Assembly (NCBI RefSeq): GCF_009914755.1
Contig: NC_060935.1
DNA: 64,000 bases
Reading direction: 5' to 3' (one strand)
DNA from: the human T2T-CHM13v2.0 reference genome, Homo sapiens
The notes under the pieces were generated by a model, which ran no database searches, was not told the DNA's origin, and was given only the letters and a program-made list of their open reading frames with translations. This document shows positions 1 to 17,160 of the stretch, piece after piece. The position numbers and the translations under genes were made by a program. Position 1 is the first letter of the stretch. Each line of letters starts with the position of its first letter.

Positions 1-2760
1 TTTTGCATGTTTTCATCATAGTGATTATATCTTTTCACTTCCAGATGTAGGATTCTCTAGAGCATTTCTTTTACAGCAGGTCGAGTGTTGATGAATTCCT
101 TCAGTTTTTGCATGTCTAGGAAAGACTCTTTCTCCTTCAATTCTCAAGGACAGCTTTGCTGGGTATAGTTTTTGGTTGACAAGTTACTTCTTCCAGTACT
201 TTGAATGTGTCGTGTAATTCTCTCCTTGTCTGTAAGTTTTTTTGCAGACAAATAGGCTCATAATCTAATGGAGATTCCCTTATATGTGAATTGATGCTCT
301 TCTTTTGCTATTTTTAGAATTCTCTATTTGTCTTTGATTTTTGACAATTTGATTATACTGTGTCTCAAAGAGGACTTTTTGGATTGATCTTATTTGGGAA
401 CCTTTGAGTTTTCTTGGATCTGGATGTTCATAAATCTTTCCAGACTTTAGGAAGTTTTCAGCTATTATTTTATTAAATAGTTTTCTAAGCCTTTTCCATT
501 CTCTTCTTCTGCTGGGACATAAATGTTATAAAAATTTGTTCATTTAGTTGTGTTCCACATGGCTTGGAGGCATTCTTCACTCTTTTTCATTCTTTTTTCT
601 TTTTCTCTGACTGGTAAATTTTAAATGACCTATCTTCAAGTTCAGAGATTCTTCTGCTTGATCAAGTCTGTTATTTAAGCTCTCCATTGTATTTTATTTT
701 ATTCGTTCAGTTCCTCAGCCACAGAACTTCTGTTTGGTTCTTTTTTTATAATTTATATCTCTTTGTTGAATTTATTGTTCATGTCATGAATTGTTTTACT
801 TATTTCATTAAATTGTCTGGTTTTTTTTTTCCCCTTATCTCATTTATCTTCCTTGAGATCATGCGTTTGAATTCCTTTTCTGTCAGTTTGTTGATTTTCC
901 TTCTATTGAGGTCTGGTACATAGCTATTATCTTCCTATGGTAGTGTCATATTTCCTTGTTTTTTGTGTTTCTTGTGTTCCAATGTTGATGTCTGTGCATC
1001 TGGTGGAACAATCACCACTTCTAAACTTTATAGTCTTTTATAGAGAAACAATTCCACTTGCAGATGTGTTGTAGTATGCTGGTTGGGAAAGGTGTGATGA
1101 CTTTGTTTCCAGATGAATACAGTGATATGGTCTTTGTGTAGCTTCTTCAGCTATGTGCAATGTCAGCCATAACTGTGGACACTTCAGTGGCCTAGGTTGT
1201 AAAAGTCTGTGTCAGTAGTAGTAGCAGCAGCAGCATAGGTTGTTAATGTCCTTGGTGTTAAGGGCTTTTGGTTTTCTCTTATTATTCTCTTTTTCCCCAC
1301 AATGGAGAGACTTAGCCAAGGAGATCCCTATTGGTGTCAGGTCTGACATGGTCTACAGACAGCCTCAATAGTACTGGGTTCCAGGTGCAGGTGCTTGCAG
1401 TTGCTGTGGGGCCAGGGTCCTAGGCTCAGGGTCCCATGAACCCATTGTGGCACCTGGATCTTGAGGTGCAGGTTTGCTCTCTGTGGCAGATTTGGATGTA
1501 GGTTGCCCACTGAGCTAAGATCTGTGATTCAGAGTACCACCCCTTTTCCTGCCCACCCCCCTCCCCCCAGCAGCTTGAGTCTAGGGGGCTGGTTTATAAA
1601 TGTCCTTCGACCTTTAGAGGGCAGAGCACAACACTGGCCTGACTCTGGGAAGGAAGGCGTCCTCTGGAGGTTTTGGACTTGGGTATCAGTGTATGACTAC
1701 TTTGAGAACCTGAGCCAATAGAGCTCAGTGGCAACTTGGGTCCTAAAGGATGTAGCACCATATAGTAGTGACTCTAGACCCTGGGATATTGGGGTTTGGC
1801 CACATCCCAGACTCTGTGAGACCATATGCAGTACTAGCAAGTACCCTAGAATGGTGGAGTACAGCTATTGTTCAGGCCCTGGGGAGCAGGGAACAGCACA
1901 GAGGTGACTCCACTTCCCAGGAAGAGGGACGTCTCAGCAGCTCAGACTCTAGAAGGCTGGTCCAGCTCCAGGGCATCTGTATACTAAAGTTGTTTGACCT
2001 GTAGGGCAGTTGTCTCATCTCAGCCACTGCTCTGTTCTCCTGTTATGTGGGGGTACTACATCAGCTCAGTCCTGGAATGCACAACTGCTCAGCTCAGCCA
2101 GGACACTGATTCCCCAAAGCGCAGTGTACTGCTTCAGCTTAAGCCTGGACAGCCCAGGCACCATTTCCTGGGATGCAGGGCATTACTTCAACTTAGGTAT
2201 CAGGAAGGCATGACTGCTTTGAGTGACCAAGGTACTTGTTTCTCAGGAGGCAGGGTACCACTTCAGCTCCAGACTGAAAGGGCAGGCAAAGGGGTAGGTG
2301 GAGTGGCTGGACATTTGCTTGGCCTTATGAGGAATGATGTAACAGCTGCTTGCAGCTAGCTGGAGAATGTCAGCCACCAGGCTGGGTGGTTTGGTGGTGG
2401 CTTAGCCTGGGGATGAAGGAGAGCCATGGTTAATCACCCGCAGAGCAAGACACACTTCAGCCTTACTTCCAGCTCTAAGATGGAGAAGCACAGTAGCCAT
2501 ATGGGCCATAAGGGAAAGGGGACAGTGTCAGCTCCTTCTCCAGGGGAAACAGAGATATGTGGCCTCCAGGCATCCCCCTCAGCTGGGCTTAGTGCTTGTG
2601 AGGAATGCAGGGAACCTGGTGGTGAGGTCTGTAGGTATCCAAGGTGTTCACTCGGGCTTCTGGGATCCTTTTGGTTACATCTTTGCTGAAGGGAAAAGTT
2701 CCCCTGGTTTCCAGCTGATCTTGCTTGAGAGACAGGGTGGTGGAGGCCCAGCGTTTCCTT
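1..2760 (-). mobile_element. Old L1 (L1M class): ORF1 remnant plus long GC-richer 5' UTR
   Basis: Antisense ORF1 C-terminal signatures (gatgaattccttcagtttttgcatgtctaggaaagact; cagctttgctgggtatagt; ggaagttttcagctattatt), grading into 5'UTR-like sequence after ~1000. Frames are disrupted. Confidence 0.75.
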
Positions 2761-4380
<1,620 letters not shown>

Positions 4381-4779
4381 CCCAGAATAACTGTTTAAAA
4401 CCAGATTTTGCCAACCCCCAGGAGAAATAACAGTAGAAATTGGCCCACTGGGTAATTAGAAAATGAAAATGGGGACTGTGATCTGGTTTCAGAGATGAAA
4501 AGCAGTTAAGTTGGGCCCTCAGGAACCTGGGTTGGAGCTATCGTTAGTGGCAGAATAAAGTTCCTTCCAGGTTTTGGCTCCATTCCAAGGTAAAAGATGA
4601 GGAACCTGGAGACATGAGCTCTCTCTCCTGATCTGGGGCTAAATTGGTTTATTGACAGAAATGATTCTTCTCTAACACAGTCCACTTCACCCCTGTAAAA
4701 TGAAACAATTTCTATTAATTTGCCACACAACCACCTCAAAAAGAATTAATAATTATATTGTAGTAGCTATGTTAAACTG

Positions 4780-4960
4780 GTGCTTACAAAGTGACAGTAC
4801 TCACTTACTACCTTATGTCCATGATCTTATGTATTCCTAATAGTAACCCTATGAAGCAAATATTATCATATCCATTTTACAGAAGAGAAAACTGAGGCTG
4901 TAAGATGTTCAGTTGCTTTCTGAAAGTTGCACATTTTGTAATAAATCCAGATCTATTTGC
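4780..4960 (-). mobile_element. MIR
   Basis: Core ccattttacagaagagaaaactgaggct. Confidence 0.75.
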
Positions 4961-6734
4961 CTTAGAATTCATGTTCTGGGATACATATTGGCTTCCTATG
5001 TGAATTTAGGTTAGCAATTTTCCCCTATTGCACAGAACAATGTCTGGCAGGCAAACTGGGGTCAACATTCCTCACTGTGACCCATCTATGGACAAGGAGT
5101 AGTGGTAGTTCCTAAAGACTCCAAAGATCAGTTTCATTTCTCCTCATGTTTTGGGAAGTCTATTCACTCTGATACTTGAAAGAAATATGTGTTGATTGGA
5201 GTGAAACAAACATCAAAAGAACCTCTTGCACACTTTTTAATAGTGAAGAATTGGGGATGAATAAAATTACAGGAAAGAAAAGTCTTCAGGAGGAAGAAAA
5301 TAAGTTGCTTGAATGTAGGGAACTGAGTCACCATAACTGGCATAACATTAATGCCTAATGCTGGTGAGAAAAATCTGTTTATATCCCCAACCCTTGTGCC
5401 TATTGGCGCTAGCAGCCCAGAGTCTCTTGGGCATGTTCCACAAATTACCATTAAAAACAACTTCTTATTGCCAAGTCTATGGAATCTCAACTCCAATCTC
5501 ACCCCTGGAGCTTAACAATCCTTATTAACCTGCTTTAGCTTTTGAAGCTGGATAAAAATTAAAGGACTTAGTGTTTGTGTTTAAAGCACCTTAGGGATAA
5601 CTTTTTCCCATGTCTGGCAGTGATGGTCCCCAGACTTATCCAGGCTGCATCTATTCTATGCTAATCCAAAAGGAATTCACATTCCCTCACCTGTACATGA
5701 TATATTGCAGAATCACAAAATCACTTTTACTCTGAGTTTCACCTGAAATGGACTCTCAACTCTTCATTTACCTCACTATTTTTTTAAACTTAAATTCAAA
5801 TCTTAACGTCTCAGAGATGGTGAGGATTATGGTGAATTCCAGTTCTGTCCTCATCACCTACTATTATGGAGTGACTTAACCTCTTTGGAAATTTGTTTCC
5901 TTATCTCACTTCAACAAGAGAAGCAAAAGTGAGATTTTTTTAAGAATAAAAAAAATTCAGTGAAAACCATTTTGAGAATCCTTTGGTTGCTTTGGGGTAA
6001 ATAAAATTAGCTTCCTAATAGCAGTTTCTGGCACAGTTCCTCAGCCAACTGAACTAAACTGAATAAATAGCTCAATGATGCTGTAATGTGGGGTTAAAGT
6101 CATGGTGGCTAGAAAAACTATTAGGTAGCTGCCAAGAAAAACCACACGAATTTATAAAGCCAGCAGTGACCCTAAGTCTTACAGGTAGGACAAAATTATT
6201 ATTCCTTTTCATGCAGCTTAACATTCATAATACTCTTCAATGTTGGAAGATTAACTTGGTAAGTATCCAAGAAAACACAAGAACAGGGCTAGCTTTTAAG
6301 GATTAGAATTCCAAAAAGAGCAGAGAAAGGGTTAGAAATCAGGGGTCTGAAATACTCTGCAAAAATACTGCCTCACTGAAGCATTTTCACTAAGACCAAG
6401 AAATTTTTTTCATTTTGAGTGACCTACTTATTGCCATGGTTTCTATAGAAGAGATCATTGGAAAGTACACTTCATTCTAATTTGGGGTTCCATTGATTAG
6501 GGGAGTTTCCCTCAGGGCACAAGCTTTCCGTTTTCTATTTTTTTTCCATTTGCATTATGTCCAAAGCACATGTGGCAAGAGGACTTTGTAAAAACCAAGT
6601 CTCAGCTTCTATAGATGTAGCAAGATGATATTTCAGAACATGCATATTGTGATTTCTTATTTCTACTTCCTCAAGCAAGAATCATCCATTGCCTGAAGAG
6701 AATTGGGAAAAAATAGCAGAAACAACATCAAGTT

Positions 6735-6900
6735 ATTTTTATTGAGTCTTTCCTAAGTGCCTGGCATGGTTCCAATCACTTTATACCTATTATTTAATAT
6801 TCCCAGCAATCTTATGAGATGAGTGCTATTATTATCTCCATTTTACTGATGAGAAAACTGAGGCATAGGAAGTTTAAGTGACTTATCTAAGATCAAAATC
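6735..6900 (-). mobile_element. MIR
   Basis: ttattatctccattttactgatgagaaaactgaggcataggaagtttaagtgactt. Confidence 0.8.
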
Positions 6901-7029
6901 TGGGAAAGATGAAGCCCTGAGAGTCAATGTTCAGCTTTAACCTTCGAAACTAGGCTTACTTTAGAGAAGATGGTTATGAAAACAAAAGCTTTTGACTTGC
7001 AAGTTCTTGGCTTTTTTTAAAACCATTTG

Positions 7030-8310
7030 CTGGATTTTAACATTCATACATACGAAAAAGTACACAAATCAGCTGCATAGATCAATGAAGTCACACAAAG
7101 TGAACAGTCTCATGTAACCCAGATCAAGAAACAATATTACTAGCACTCAGAACTTCTCTTTAAGGTTCCCCTCCAAATACAATCTCTCCCACCAGTATCT
7201 TGACTTCTAAAACAATTTTTTTTGCACCTTTTTGAACGTTTTATTATTGGAGTTATATACGATGTACTTTTTTTTGTGTCTGGCTTCAGTCAACATAAAA
7301 AACATAGAGAGATGAATCTCTAAGTAGGAAAGGTTTTGTTTGGGAATAAGCTACGAGAAGTAGCATTGTAATCCGGGATGTATATATGGAGCAGGGTGGC
7401 CTCTGGTATGTCCAGAGAACAACAACAACAACAAAAAAGGTTAGGATTTTGTTGGGGAAAGAGGAGATTTACCTGTTGTTTTAAAAGACACTTCATTGCA
7501 CTGGCAGTGCCCTGTGAGAGCTGAGTTCTGATCGGCGAATGCCAATAGTTGCTAGGTAGGACTTGTAATCTTGGAGTTGCAGTTAGACCTTTGGCAGTTT
7601 TGGATTGGGCTTGTGAAACAATTTGTCAGGCAAGTGTTTCTGTGTACGTGGCTAGCTGTCCTTGTGCTGCTAGCTGTCCTTGCACAACTCACATAGTCGC
7701 TGCAGTATGGAAAAAATTTCTTGTGATAGTTGTTGTTGCTAGGCAAATCATGCATGAGAACCTTCCCTTGATGGCCTTCCCTGGCTCCATTTTGCCAGGT
7801 TTGACTTGAGTGACTCCATTTAGAATCTGACAATTTTCATTCTTCTTTCACTCGAATTTATGTGGTGAGATCCATTCATATTGGGCTTTCTTTTTAATTT
7901 CATATGGAATTCTATGTGGATATGCCAAAATGCATTTATCCATTTTACTATTGATTGACATTTGGGTTGTTTCTGGTTTGGGGCTATAATGAATAGTATT
8001 ACAAAGACTATTCTTGTACATATCTTTTGATGCACATAAAAACATATTTTTTTTTGGATGTACACCTAGGAATGGAAGTGATGGGTCATATGTTATGATC
8101 ACTTTATAGATATGGCTCAACAGTTTTCTGAAGTAGTTTAACTACTTTATTAATTTTAACATGTTAATTTATAAATTATTTCTTTTGTAATTAGCTGATT
8201 TTGTATCAAGTTTAAGAAATCTTTGCTTACCTGAAAGTCATGAAGATATTATCATCCGATTTCTTCCAAAAGCTTTATTGTTTTACCTTTTCACATTTAG
8301 ATGTAAACAT
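7030..8310 (-). mobile_element. Ancient L1M (L1ME/MD-like) 3' end; host of MER67; resumes near 12395
   Basis: Antisense 3'UTR motifs (cacaaagtgaaca...catgtaacccagatcaagaaac; ttgacatttgggttgtttc; tacacctaggaatggaa). Confidence 0.7.
7288..7839 (-). mobile_element. MER67-family ERV1 solo LTR
   Basis: Reverse strand begins tgaaaattgtcagattctaaatggagtcac...gggaaggccatcaagggaaggttctcatgcat and ends ...tgttgac. It splits the L1 sequence tctggcttc|tttcactc. Confidence 0.75.
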
Positions 8311-9211
8311 TTAAAAATTTTATTTAATTGACAAATTAGCATTTTTATTTGACAAATAAAAACTGTTGTCACCTTGTTATACAACAGAACTCTTAAAGTT
8401 ATTCTTCTTGTCTAGCTGAAATTTTTTGTCTTTTGACCAACATCTCCTAAATCTCGCCATCTCCACCTATGGTAAATACCATTTTACTCTATTTCTGTGA
8501 GTTCAACTTTTTAAGATTCTCTATATAAGTGATATCGTGTGGTATTTGTCTTTCTGTGCCTGGCTTATTTTACTTAACATAATGACCTCCAGTTCCTCAA
8601 TGTTGCTGTAAATAACAAGATTTCTTCCTTTTTATGGCTGAATAATATTCCATTGTGTGTATATGCCACCTTTTCTTTCTCCATTCATCTGTTGATGGAC
8701 ACTTAGGTTTATTCCATATCTTAGCTATTGTGACTAGTGCTGCCATAAACATGGGAGTGCAAATATCTCTTTGACATACTGGTTTTCTTTCCTTTGGATA
8801 TATATCCAGTAGTGGTATAGCTGGATCATAGGCTAGTTCTATTTTTAATTTTCTGAGAAACCTCCAACTGTTTTCCATAATGACTGTAGTAAATTACATT
8901 CCCACCAACAATGTTTAAGTGTTGCCTTTTCTCCACATCCTCATGTACACTTGCTATCCTTAGTCATTTTTATAATAGCTATTCTAACAGGCATGAGGTG
9001 TTATCTCATTGTGGTTTTAATTTGCTTTTCCCTGATGATTAGTGATGTTAGCCATTTTTTCATATATCTGTTGGCTACTTGTATATCTGCTTTTGAGAAA
9101 CATTTATCCAGGTCATAGGTCCGTTTTTAAATTGGGTTACTTATTTTCTTGCATTGAGTTTCTTATATATTTTGGATATTAATCCCTTATCAGATGCATG
9201 GTTTGCATATA

Positions 9212-9529
9212 CAGATGCTTGTTGACTTACAGTGAGGTTACATGCCAATAAACCTGTTGTAAGTTGAAAATATTGTCAAATCAAAAATGCATTTAATACA
9301 CCTAGCGTACCAAACATCATAGCTTCGCCTAGCCTATTTTAAACATGCTCACAACACTTATGTTAGCCTACTGTTGAGCAAAAGCATCTAACACATGGTC
9401 CATTTTATGATAAAGTGTCTGATATCTCATGCAATTTATTGAATACTATACTGAAATACACTTTCTGCTGAATGCATATTGCTTTTGCACCATCATAAAG
9501 TTGAACTATTGTTAAGTTGGGATCATCTG
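9212..9529 (+). mobile_element. MER47A (TcMar-Tigger non-autonomous DNA transposon) inserted in L1
   Basis: Ends cagatg...gacttac and taagttgggatcatctg, with TA on the left. Internal atgcatttaatacacctagcgtaccaaacatcatagcttcgcctagcc. Confidence 0.85.
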
Positions 9530-10434
9530 TGTATTTTTCTGTTCCTTGGGTTGTCTCTTTAGTCTGTTGATTGTTTCCTTTACTGTGCAGAAGCTTTTTA
9601 GTTTGATGTAATTCCATTTGTCAATTTTTGCTTTTGGTGCCTGTGTTTTGAGGGTCAAAACTATAAAATCCCATTGCCTAGACCCATGTCTAGGAAATTT
9701 TCCCCTGTTTTCTTCTAGTAGTTTTATAGTTTCAGTTCTTACATTTAAATGCTCAATCCATTTTGATTTAATGTTTGCATATGGTATGAGATAGGGTCTA
9801 ATTTCATTCTTCTGCTTGTGGATCTCCAGTTTTTCTAGCACCATTTTTTGGAAAGACTATATTTTCCCTATTGTGTGTTCTTGACATCTTTGTGGAAAAA
9901 TCAATTGATTGTAAACACATGGATCTATTCTGAGGCTCTCTGTTCAGTTCCACTGTTCTACATATCTATTTTTATGCCAGTACTATGCTGCTTTGATTAC
10001 TGTAGCTTTGCAGTAGATTTTGAAATGAGTTAATGTGATGCCTTCAATGTTCTTTTTGTTTAAGATTGCTTTGGCTATTTGGGGTCTTTTGTGGTTCTAG
10101 ATGAATTTTAGGATTTTTTTTCTATTTCTGTGAAAAAATGTCATTAGAAATTTTATAGGGATTGCATTGGATCTGTAGATTGCTTTGGGTAGTGTGGAGA
10201 TTTTTAACAATGTTAATTCTTCCAAACCATGAACATGGAATATATTTCTATTTATTTGTGTCTTCTTCAATTTCTTTTATCATATTTCTTTGTTTTTAGC
10301 ATACTGGTTTTTGCCTCCTTCATTAAATTTATTCCTAAGCATTGTATTTTTTTTGTAGGTACAATAAATAGAATTATTTTCTTGATTTCTTTTTCAGATA
10401 GTTCATTGTTAGTGTATAGAAATAATACTGATTT

Positions 10435-10740
<306 letters not shown>

Positions 10741-12394
10741 TTATGTGCTGATTTTGTATATTGCAACTTTACTGAATTTGTTTGTTAGTATACAGTTTTT
10801 TGATGGAGTCTTTAGGGTTTTATGTATATAAGATTATATCATCTGCAAAAAGAGAAAACTTCCTTTCTGATTTGGATCCTTCTATTTCTTTCTCTTGCCT
10901 AAATACTCTGGCTAGGACTTCCAGAACTATGTTGACTATAAATAGTGAGAGTAGGCATGCTTGTTTTGTTCCTAATCTTAGAGGAAAAGCTTTCAACGTT
11001 TTGCCATTGAGTATAATATCTACATGTTTGTTATATATGGCCTTTATTTTATCTGGCACATTCCTTCTACACCTAATTTTGAGAGTTTTTATCAAGAAAG
11101 GATGCAGAATTTTATCAAATATTTTTTACGCATCTATTGAAATTATCATTTGGATTTTGTTTTTCATTCTGTTGAAGCAGTGTATTACATTTATGGATTT
11201 GCATGTGTTGAACCATCTTTGAATCTCAGGAATAAGTCCCACTTGATGATGGTGGTGAATTATCCTTTTAATGTGCTGCTGAATTCAGTGCGTTAGCATT
11301 TTGTTGAGTATTTTTGCATCCATGTTCATCAGGGATATTAGCCTGTCTTTTCTTGTAGTGTCCTTGTCTGGCCTTGGTAACAGGGTAATACTAGCCTCAT
11401 AAGATGAGTTTGGAAGTATTTCCTTTACTTCAGTTTTTGAAAAAGTTCGAGAATTAATATTAGTTCTTTAAATGTGTGGTAGAATTTGGCAGTGAAGCCC
11501 TCAGGTCCTGGGCTTTTCTTTGTTGGGGAACTTTTTATTATTCAGTCAATCTCCTTGTTTGTTAGTGGGTTGTTTTTTTCTTTCAGATTTTCTGTTTCTT
11601 CATCATTTAGTCTTGGTAGGTTGCTTGTGTTGAGGAATTTATTCATTTCTTCTAAGTTATTCCATTTTTTGGGATATAATTGCTCACAGTGGTCTCATGA
11701 CTCCTTGTATTTCTGAGGTATCAGTTGTAATGTCTCCCCTTTCATTTATTTATTTATTTGAGTCTTCTCTTTTTTTCTTAGTTTAACTAAAGGTTTGTTA
11801 ATTTTGTTTATCTTTTTGGAAAACCAACTCTTAATTTTGTTGATCTTTTCTATTGTTTTTCTAGTCTATTTTATTTATTTTTGCCATCATCTTTATTATT
11901 TCATTTCTTTTACTGTCTTTGGCTTAGTTTGTTTTTTTCTTTTCCTAGTTCCTACAGGTCTAACATTAGATTGTTTACTTGAGATTATTATTGTGTTTAT
12001 ATAGGCATTTATTGCTGTAAATTTCCCTTTTAGAACTGCTTTAGCTGCATCTCATAAATTTTACTATATTGTGTTTCCACTTTCATTTGTCTTGAGATAT
12101 TTTTATATTTTCCTTTTAATTTCTTCTTTGACCCATTGGTTTTTGGGGATCATGCTATTAAATTTTCACATATTTCTGAATTTTCTAAAATTCCTTTCAT
12201 TGCTAATTTTTAATTTCATACTATTATGGTTGGAAAAGATATTGGACATAATTTCCATCTTCTTAGATTTGTTAAGACTTGTTTTGTGGCCAAACATATG
12301 ATCTATTCTGGAGAATGTTCTGTGGGTGCTTGAGAAGAATGTGCATGTCTGTTAGGTCCATTTGATCTAAAATGTAGCTCAAGTCCTACATCTG

Positions 12395-13000
12395 AAAATT
12401 TATCTGGAACTAATGTTTGTCTACGGTTTGAGGAGAGGAGTTCAAGATTCATTTTTATCCATGTATCTGGTCTTCTAATAGACCCAGCAGAATTTTTTGA
12501 AAACCCTATCTTTTCTCTTTCTGTACTGTAGTATAACATTTGTCATATTTGGGAAATTAACTGGGGGTCTAATTCTAAATTCTCTATTGTCTTCCCTTGG
12601 CCTCTTTGTCTATCCTTGTACTAATATCAATCTATCTATAACAGGTCTTAATATTTGATAGAGTACATCTTCCATCTTTCCTCTTCTTCTTTAAAATTGC
12701 CTAGTCTGTTCTTGGCCCATTAAATTTTCACATAAATTTCATAAATCGTTTGGTGTTTGGATTGGAATTATATTCAATGTATAAATCAATTTGAGAACTG
12801 ACATCACTATGATATTGGGTCTTTCAATTCATAAAAAAGTTATATTCCTTCATTTTTTATGTCATATTATTTCTTCCTTTTTATGTCTTATATGATTTCT
12901 CTCAATCAGTTTTATAGTTTTAGCATACAAGTCATGTACATCTGTCATTAGATTTATTTGTAGATACTTTATTTTTTATACTATCGTAAATGGTATTTTT
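12395..13000 (-). mobile_element. Continuation of the ancient L1M ORF2 host
   Basis: Highly degraded antisense ORF2 (ttgggattggaattatattcaatgtataaatcaatttgagaactgacatc), collinear with the fragment ending near 8310. Confidence 0.6.
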
Positions 13001-13410
13001 AAAAAATCATTTCAACTTTCATTATAAATTAAGGGGTACATGCACAGGTTTGTTACATGGGTATCTTTTGTAATGCTGATACTTGGAATACAAATAATTC
13101 CAACACTCAGGTAGTGAGCATAGTACCCAGTAGGTGGTTTTTCAGTCCATTTCCCCCTCCCTTCTTCCCCTGTCTAGTAGTCCCTAGTGTCTATTGCTCC
13201 CACCTTTATGTCTATGTGTATTCAGCATTTATTTGGTTTTCTTTTCTTGTGCTCATTTCCTTAGGATAATGGTCTCCAGTCCCATCCACAGTGCTGCAAA
13301 GAACATGACTTCATTCTTTTTTATGGGTGTGTACGTGGTGTATATGTACATTTTTAAAATCCAGTCCACTGTTGATGGGCTCCTAGGCTGATTACATGTC
13401 TTTGTTATTG

Positions 13411-13721
<311 letters not shown>

Positions 13722-14676
13722 TTGTTATTGTGAATAGTGCCATGATGAACATAAAACTGCATGTGTCTTTTAATAAAATGAATTCTTTTCCTTTGGGTAA
13801 ATACCCAGTAGTAGGATTGCTGGATAAAATGGTAGTTCTGTTTTAAGTTATTTGAGAAATCTCCAAACTGCTTTCTACAGTGACTGAACTACTTTGCATT
13901 CCCACCAACAGTGTATAAGTGTTCTCTTTTCTCTGCAGCCTTGCCAGCATCTATTATTTTTTTACTTTTAATGATTGCCATTCTGACTGGTGTGAGATGG
14001 CATCTCATTATGGTTTTGATTTGTGTTTCTTTGATGGCAAGTGATGCTGAGCCTTTTTTCTTATGTTTGTTGTCCACTTGTATGTCTTCTTTTGAGAAGT
14101 GTTTGTTCATGTCCTTTGCCCATTTTAAAATTGGATTTTTTTTTTTTTGCTTTTTTATTTGTTTAAGCTCTTTTTAGATTCTGGATATTAGGCCTTTGTC
14201 AAATGCATAGTTTTCAAATATTTTCTCCCATTCTGTAGGCTGTCCATTTACTCTGTTGGTAATTTCTTTTGCTGTCAGAGGCTGTTTAGTTTAGCTAGAC
14301 TCTACAGCTAAAGTCATTCATCAGTTGCAGGAGTGTTTTGGCAAATTATTTAGGGTTCTGTATGTATAGAATCATATTGTCAACAAAGGGAGATAGTTTA
14401 ACTTCTTTTTCTATTTGGATGTCTTTTTTTTTTTTCTTGCCTGGTTGCTCTGGCTAGGACTTACAGTACTATGTTGAGAAGGAGTGGTGAGAGTGGTCAT
14501 CCTTGTCTTATTTCAATTCTCAAGGGCAATGCTTCCAGCTTTGTCCATGTAGTATGATGTAGGCTGTGCGTTTGTCATAGACGGCTTTTATTATTTTGAG
14601 ATGTGTTCCTTCAATGTCTAGATTGTTTAAGGTTTTTATCATGAAGGGATGTTGCATTTTATTGAAAACTTTTTCC

Positions 14677-14988
<312 letters not shown>

Positions 14989-16544
14989 CTTTTTCTATAT
15001 CTATTGAGATGATCGTATGGTTTTTGTTTTTAGTTTTGTTTATGTAGTGAATAACACTTATTGATTTTTGTATGTTGAACCTTGCATCTCAGAAACAAAG
15101 CCTACTTAATCATGGTGCATTAACTTTTTGATATGCTGCTGGGTTCAACTGGCTAGTAGTTATTATTATTTTCATTATTATGAAATAAAATTAACTATTT
15201 TGAATAAAACCTAAATAAAATTAATTATTATGAATAAAATTAATTTATACATGTAAAGTATTTAGAACAGTGTCCAGCACAAACTCAGCATTCAGTAGGT
15301 ATAATTATTTTTATATTAGAATTCAACAAAGTAGAAATGTTTGTTCTAAGTCTCTAATGTTAATAGCAAATGGAATATCCTTTTCATGATTTTTTAAAAA
15401 TAAAGCAAACACTCTATCCCCAATGCTTTCTGCTGCATATACGTTTATTTCTTTAGATTCAGGTCACTTTGTCCTTGCTTAGTCTTGATCTCTGCTGTAT
15501 CCTGTCACTAGAGAAGGCAAGCTTCTAGGTAAACATACAGAGAAACTAAGTGTGTAGGCAAAAATGGCTTCTTTCGGTTATGAGGGTTGAGGACATCGAT
15601 CAGTGACCTATAAATAAATGTTGATAAAAAGGAAGTCTCCATATTTTGTTTACCAACCTCAGGGCACAGTAGGAACCAGATAGTAAAATGGAGGCAAGTG
15701 CCCTGTGTTAAATGAACTGAATGAACTCTTCTCTCTTCTCAACTTCAGCTTTTGCTCTGTGTCTTCCTGGCTGCTTAGGTTCTCTGGTACCATGTGAATC
15801 CTTCTTTATACACCAAGGGGCTCTGTTAGGGCTGGAGGTGTCCTTTCTTTCACTATGACTCCTCCATCAAAAGCAAACATAGTAAGATATCAAGTTGGCA
15901 AAGCTTCACCTTCAACCACCACTTTAAAAGTTAGCAAATTGATTCACAGATGTGATCTTTGCCAAGTCACTCAGAAGTAGATGGGAACAGAGATGAGGTA
16001 CTTAGGGAGGGACCCAAAGGCCTTTAATATTGATCAAAAGCGTTGCCCAACAGACAGAGACTCCCAGTGTGAAGTGCCCAAGACTCAGGAATGGGGTGGA
16101 GAGTGTCGTGACAGGCTTTGTGGCCATTAAGAAGAAAGAACTGCTTCTCTGAAGCAAAACAAAGGGAGTTGGCTCAGAGTGATGCTGGGTGCACAGATCA
16201 TGGGACTGTTTGGGGCATGACCTCAGTGCCTCCTGTGTGACTATCTCATATCAGGTTAGTGGGAGTCCGAAGGGTGAAACTGAGGTCAATCCATGTTTGC
16301 CTTGCACTTGTTTGTCCTGTTTGGGCTCCTGTCCATCTCCTACAGCCATAGGTGGTCTCCTCTGTGGAAAGTAAGGAGCGGGAGTAGAAAGGGACAGGTT
16401 TTATCTCAGTCAGGATTACTCTGTATAGCCTGTGTGTGCTGTGGAGGTAAGGAAGGTAAGGGAAGATGACTCAATAACTCATTTGCTTATGTGTACATAT
16501 TTGCAGGGCACTGGGCTAGGTACTGGATATAACAATAACAATAA

Positions 16545-16760
16545 CAAAATAATGACTATATGTGTCAGGACTGTGTCAAGTACCTTCCTTGATGAGTTTA
16601 TTTAAATTTCACAACAATCTTATAAGGTAGGTGCATTATTCACATTATACAACTGAGAAATTTGAGGTTTGGAGAGGTCAAGTAACCAGCCCAAAGTCAC
16701 ACACCTGGTGAGCACAGAAATAGAATTGAAATCCAACTTTGTCTCTGTGCTTTCAACCAT
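16545..16760 (-). mobile_element. MIR within an L2 fragment
   Basis: acaacaatcttataaggtagg...gagaggtcaagtaaccagcccaaagtcacacacct. Confidence 0.65.
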
Positions 16761-16949
16761 CGTAAATATTTGGGTAAATTTCAACATTCAAGAGGTTCAA
16801 AGTCTAGTGGGAAAAACAGACAAACATGTGAGAGGTGTGGTAATTGCTAAAGGGTTGATCAGTTTTAGCCACAGTACAGCAATTGGCATAGCATGAAAAT
16901 TATCCTCTGAAGCTTTGAATTATAATTAAGTCCCTTTTATATCCTCTAA

Positions 16950-17160
16950 AGCAAGGTTTTTAAACCTTGGGACTATTGACATTTTAGGACAGATAATTAT
17001 TGTGGGGGGCTAGCCAGTGCATTGTGGAATGTTTAGCAGAATCTGCTTATTAGGTGCAAGTGGCACTGGACCCCAGTAGTTAGTGATAACCAAAAATGTC
17101 TCCAGACATTGCCAAAGGTCAGCGGGGGGCCAAAATAGCCCTGAGTTGAAAACCACCACT
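16950..17160 (-). mobile_element. MER20 (hAT-Charlie)
   Basis: actattgacattttaggacagataatt...gtgcattgtggaatgtttagcag...aaccaaaaatgtctccagacattgccaaa. Confidence 0.85.

Noticed and set aside
1300-2760. GC-richer stretch with several ORFs as a promoter or gene
   Set aside because: CpG-depleted and contiguous with antisense L1 ORF1; best explained as an old L1 5' UTR.
7651-7683. 18-bp tandem duplication
   Set aside because: Lies inside the MER67 LTR; ordinary LTR-internal slippage.
15165-15250. AT-rich repeated units suggestive of an array
   Set aside because: Low-complexity slippage repeat at an L1/MIR boundary; no repeat-spacer structure, and the DNA is eukaryotic.
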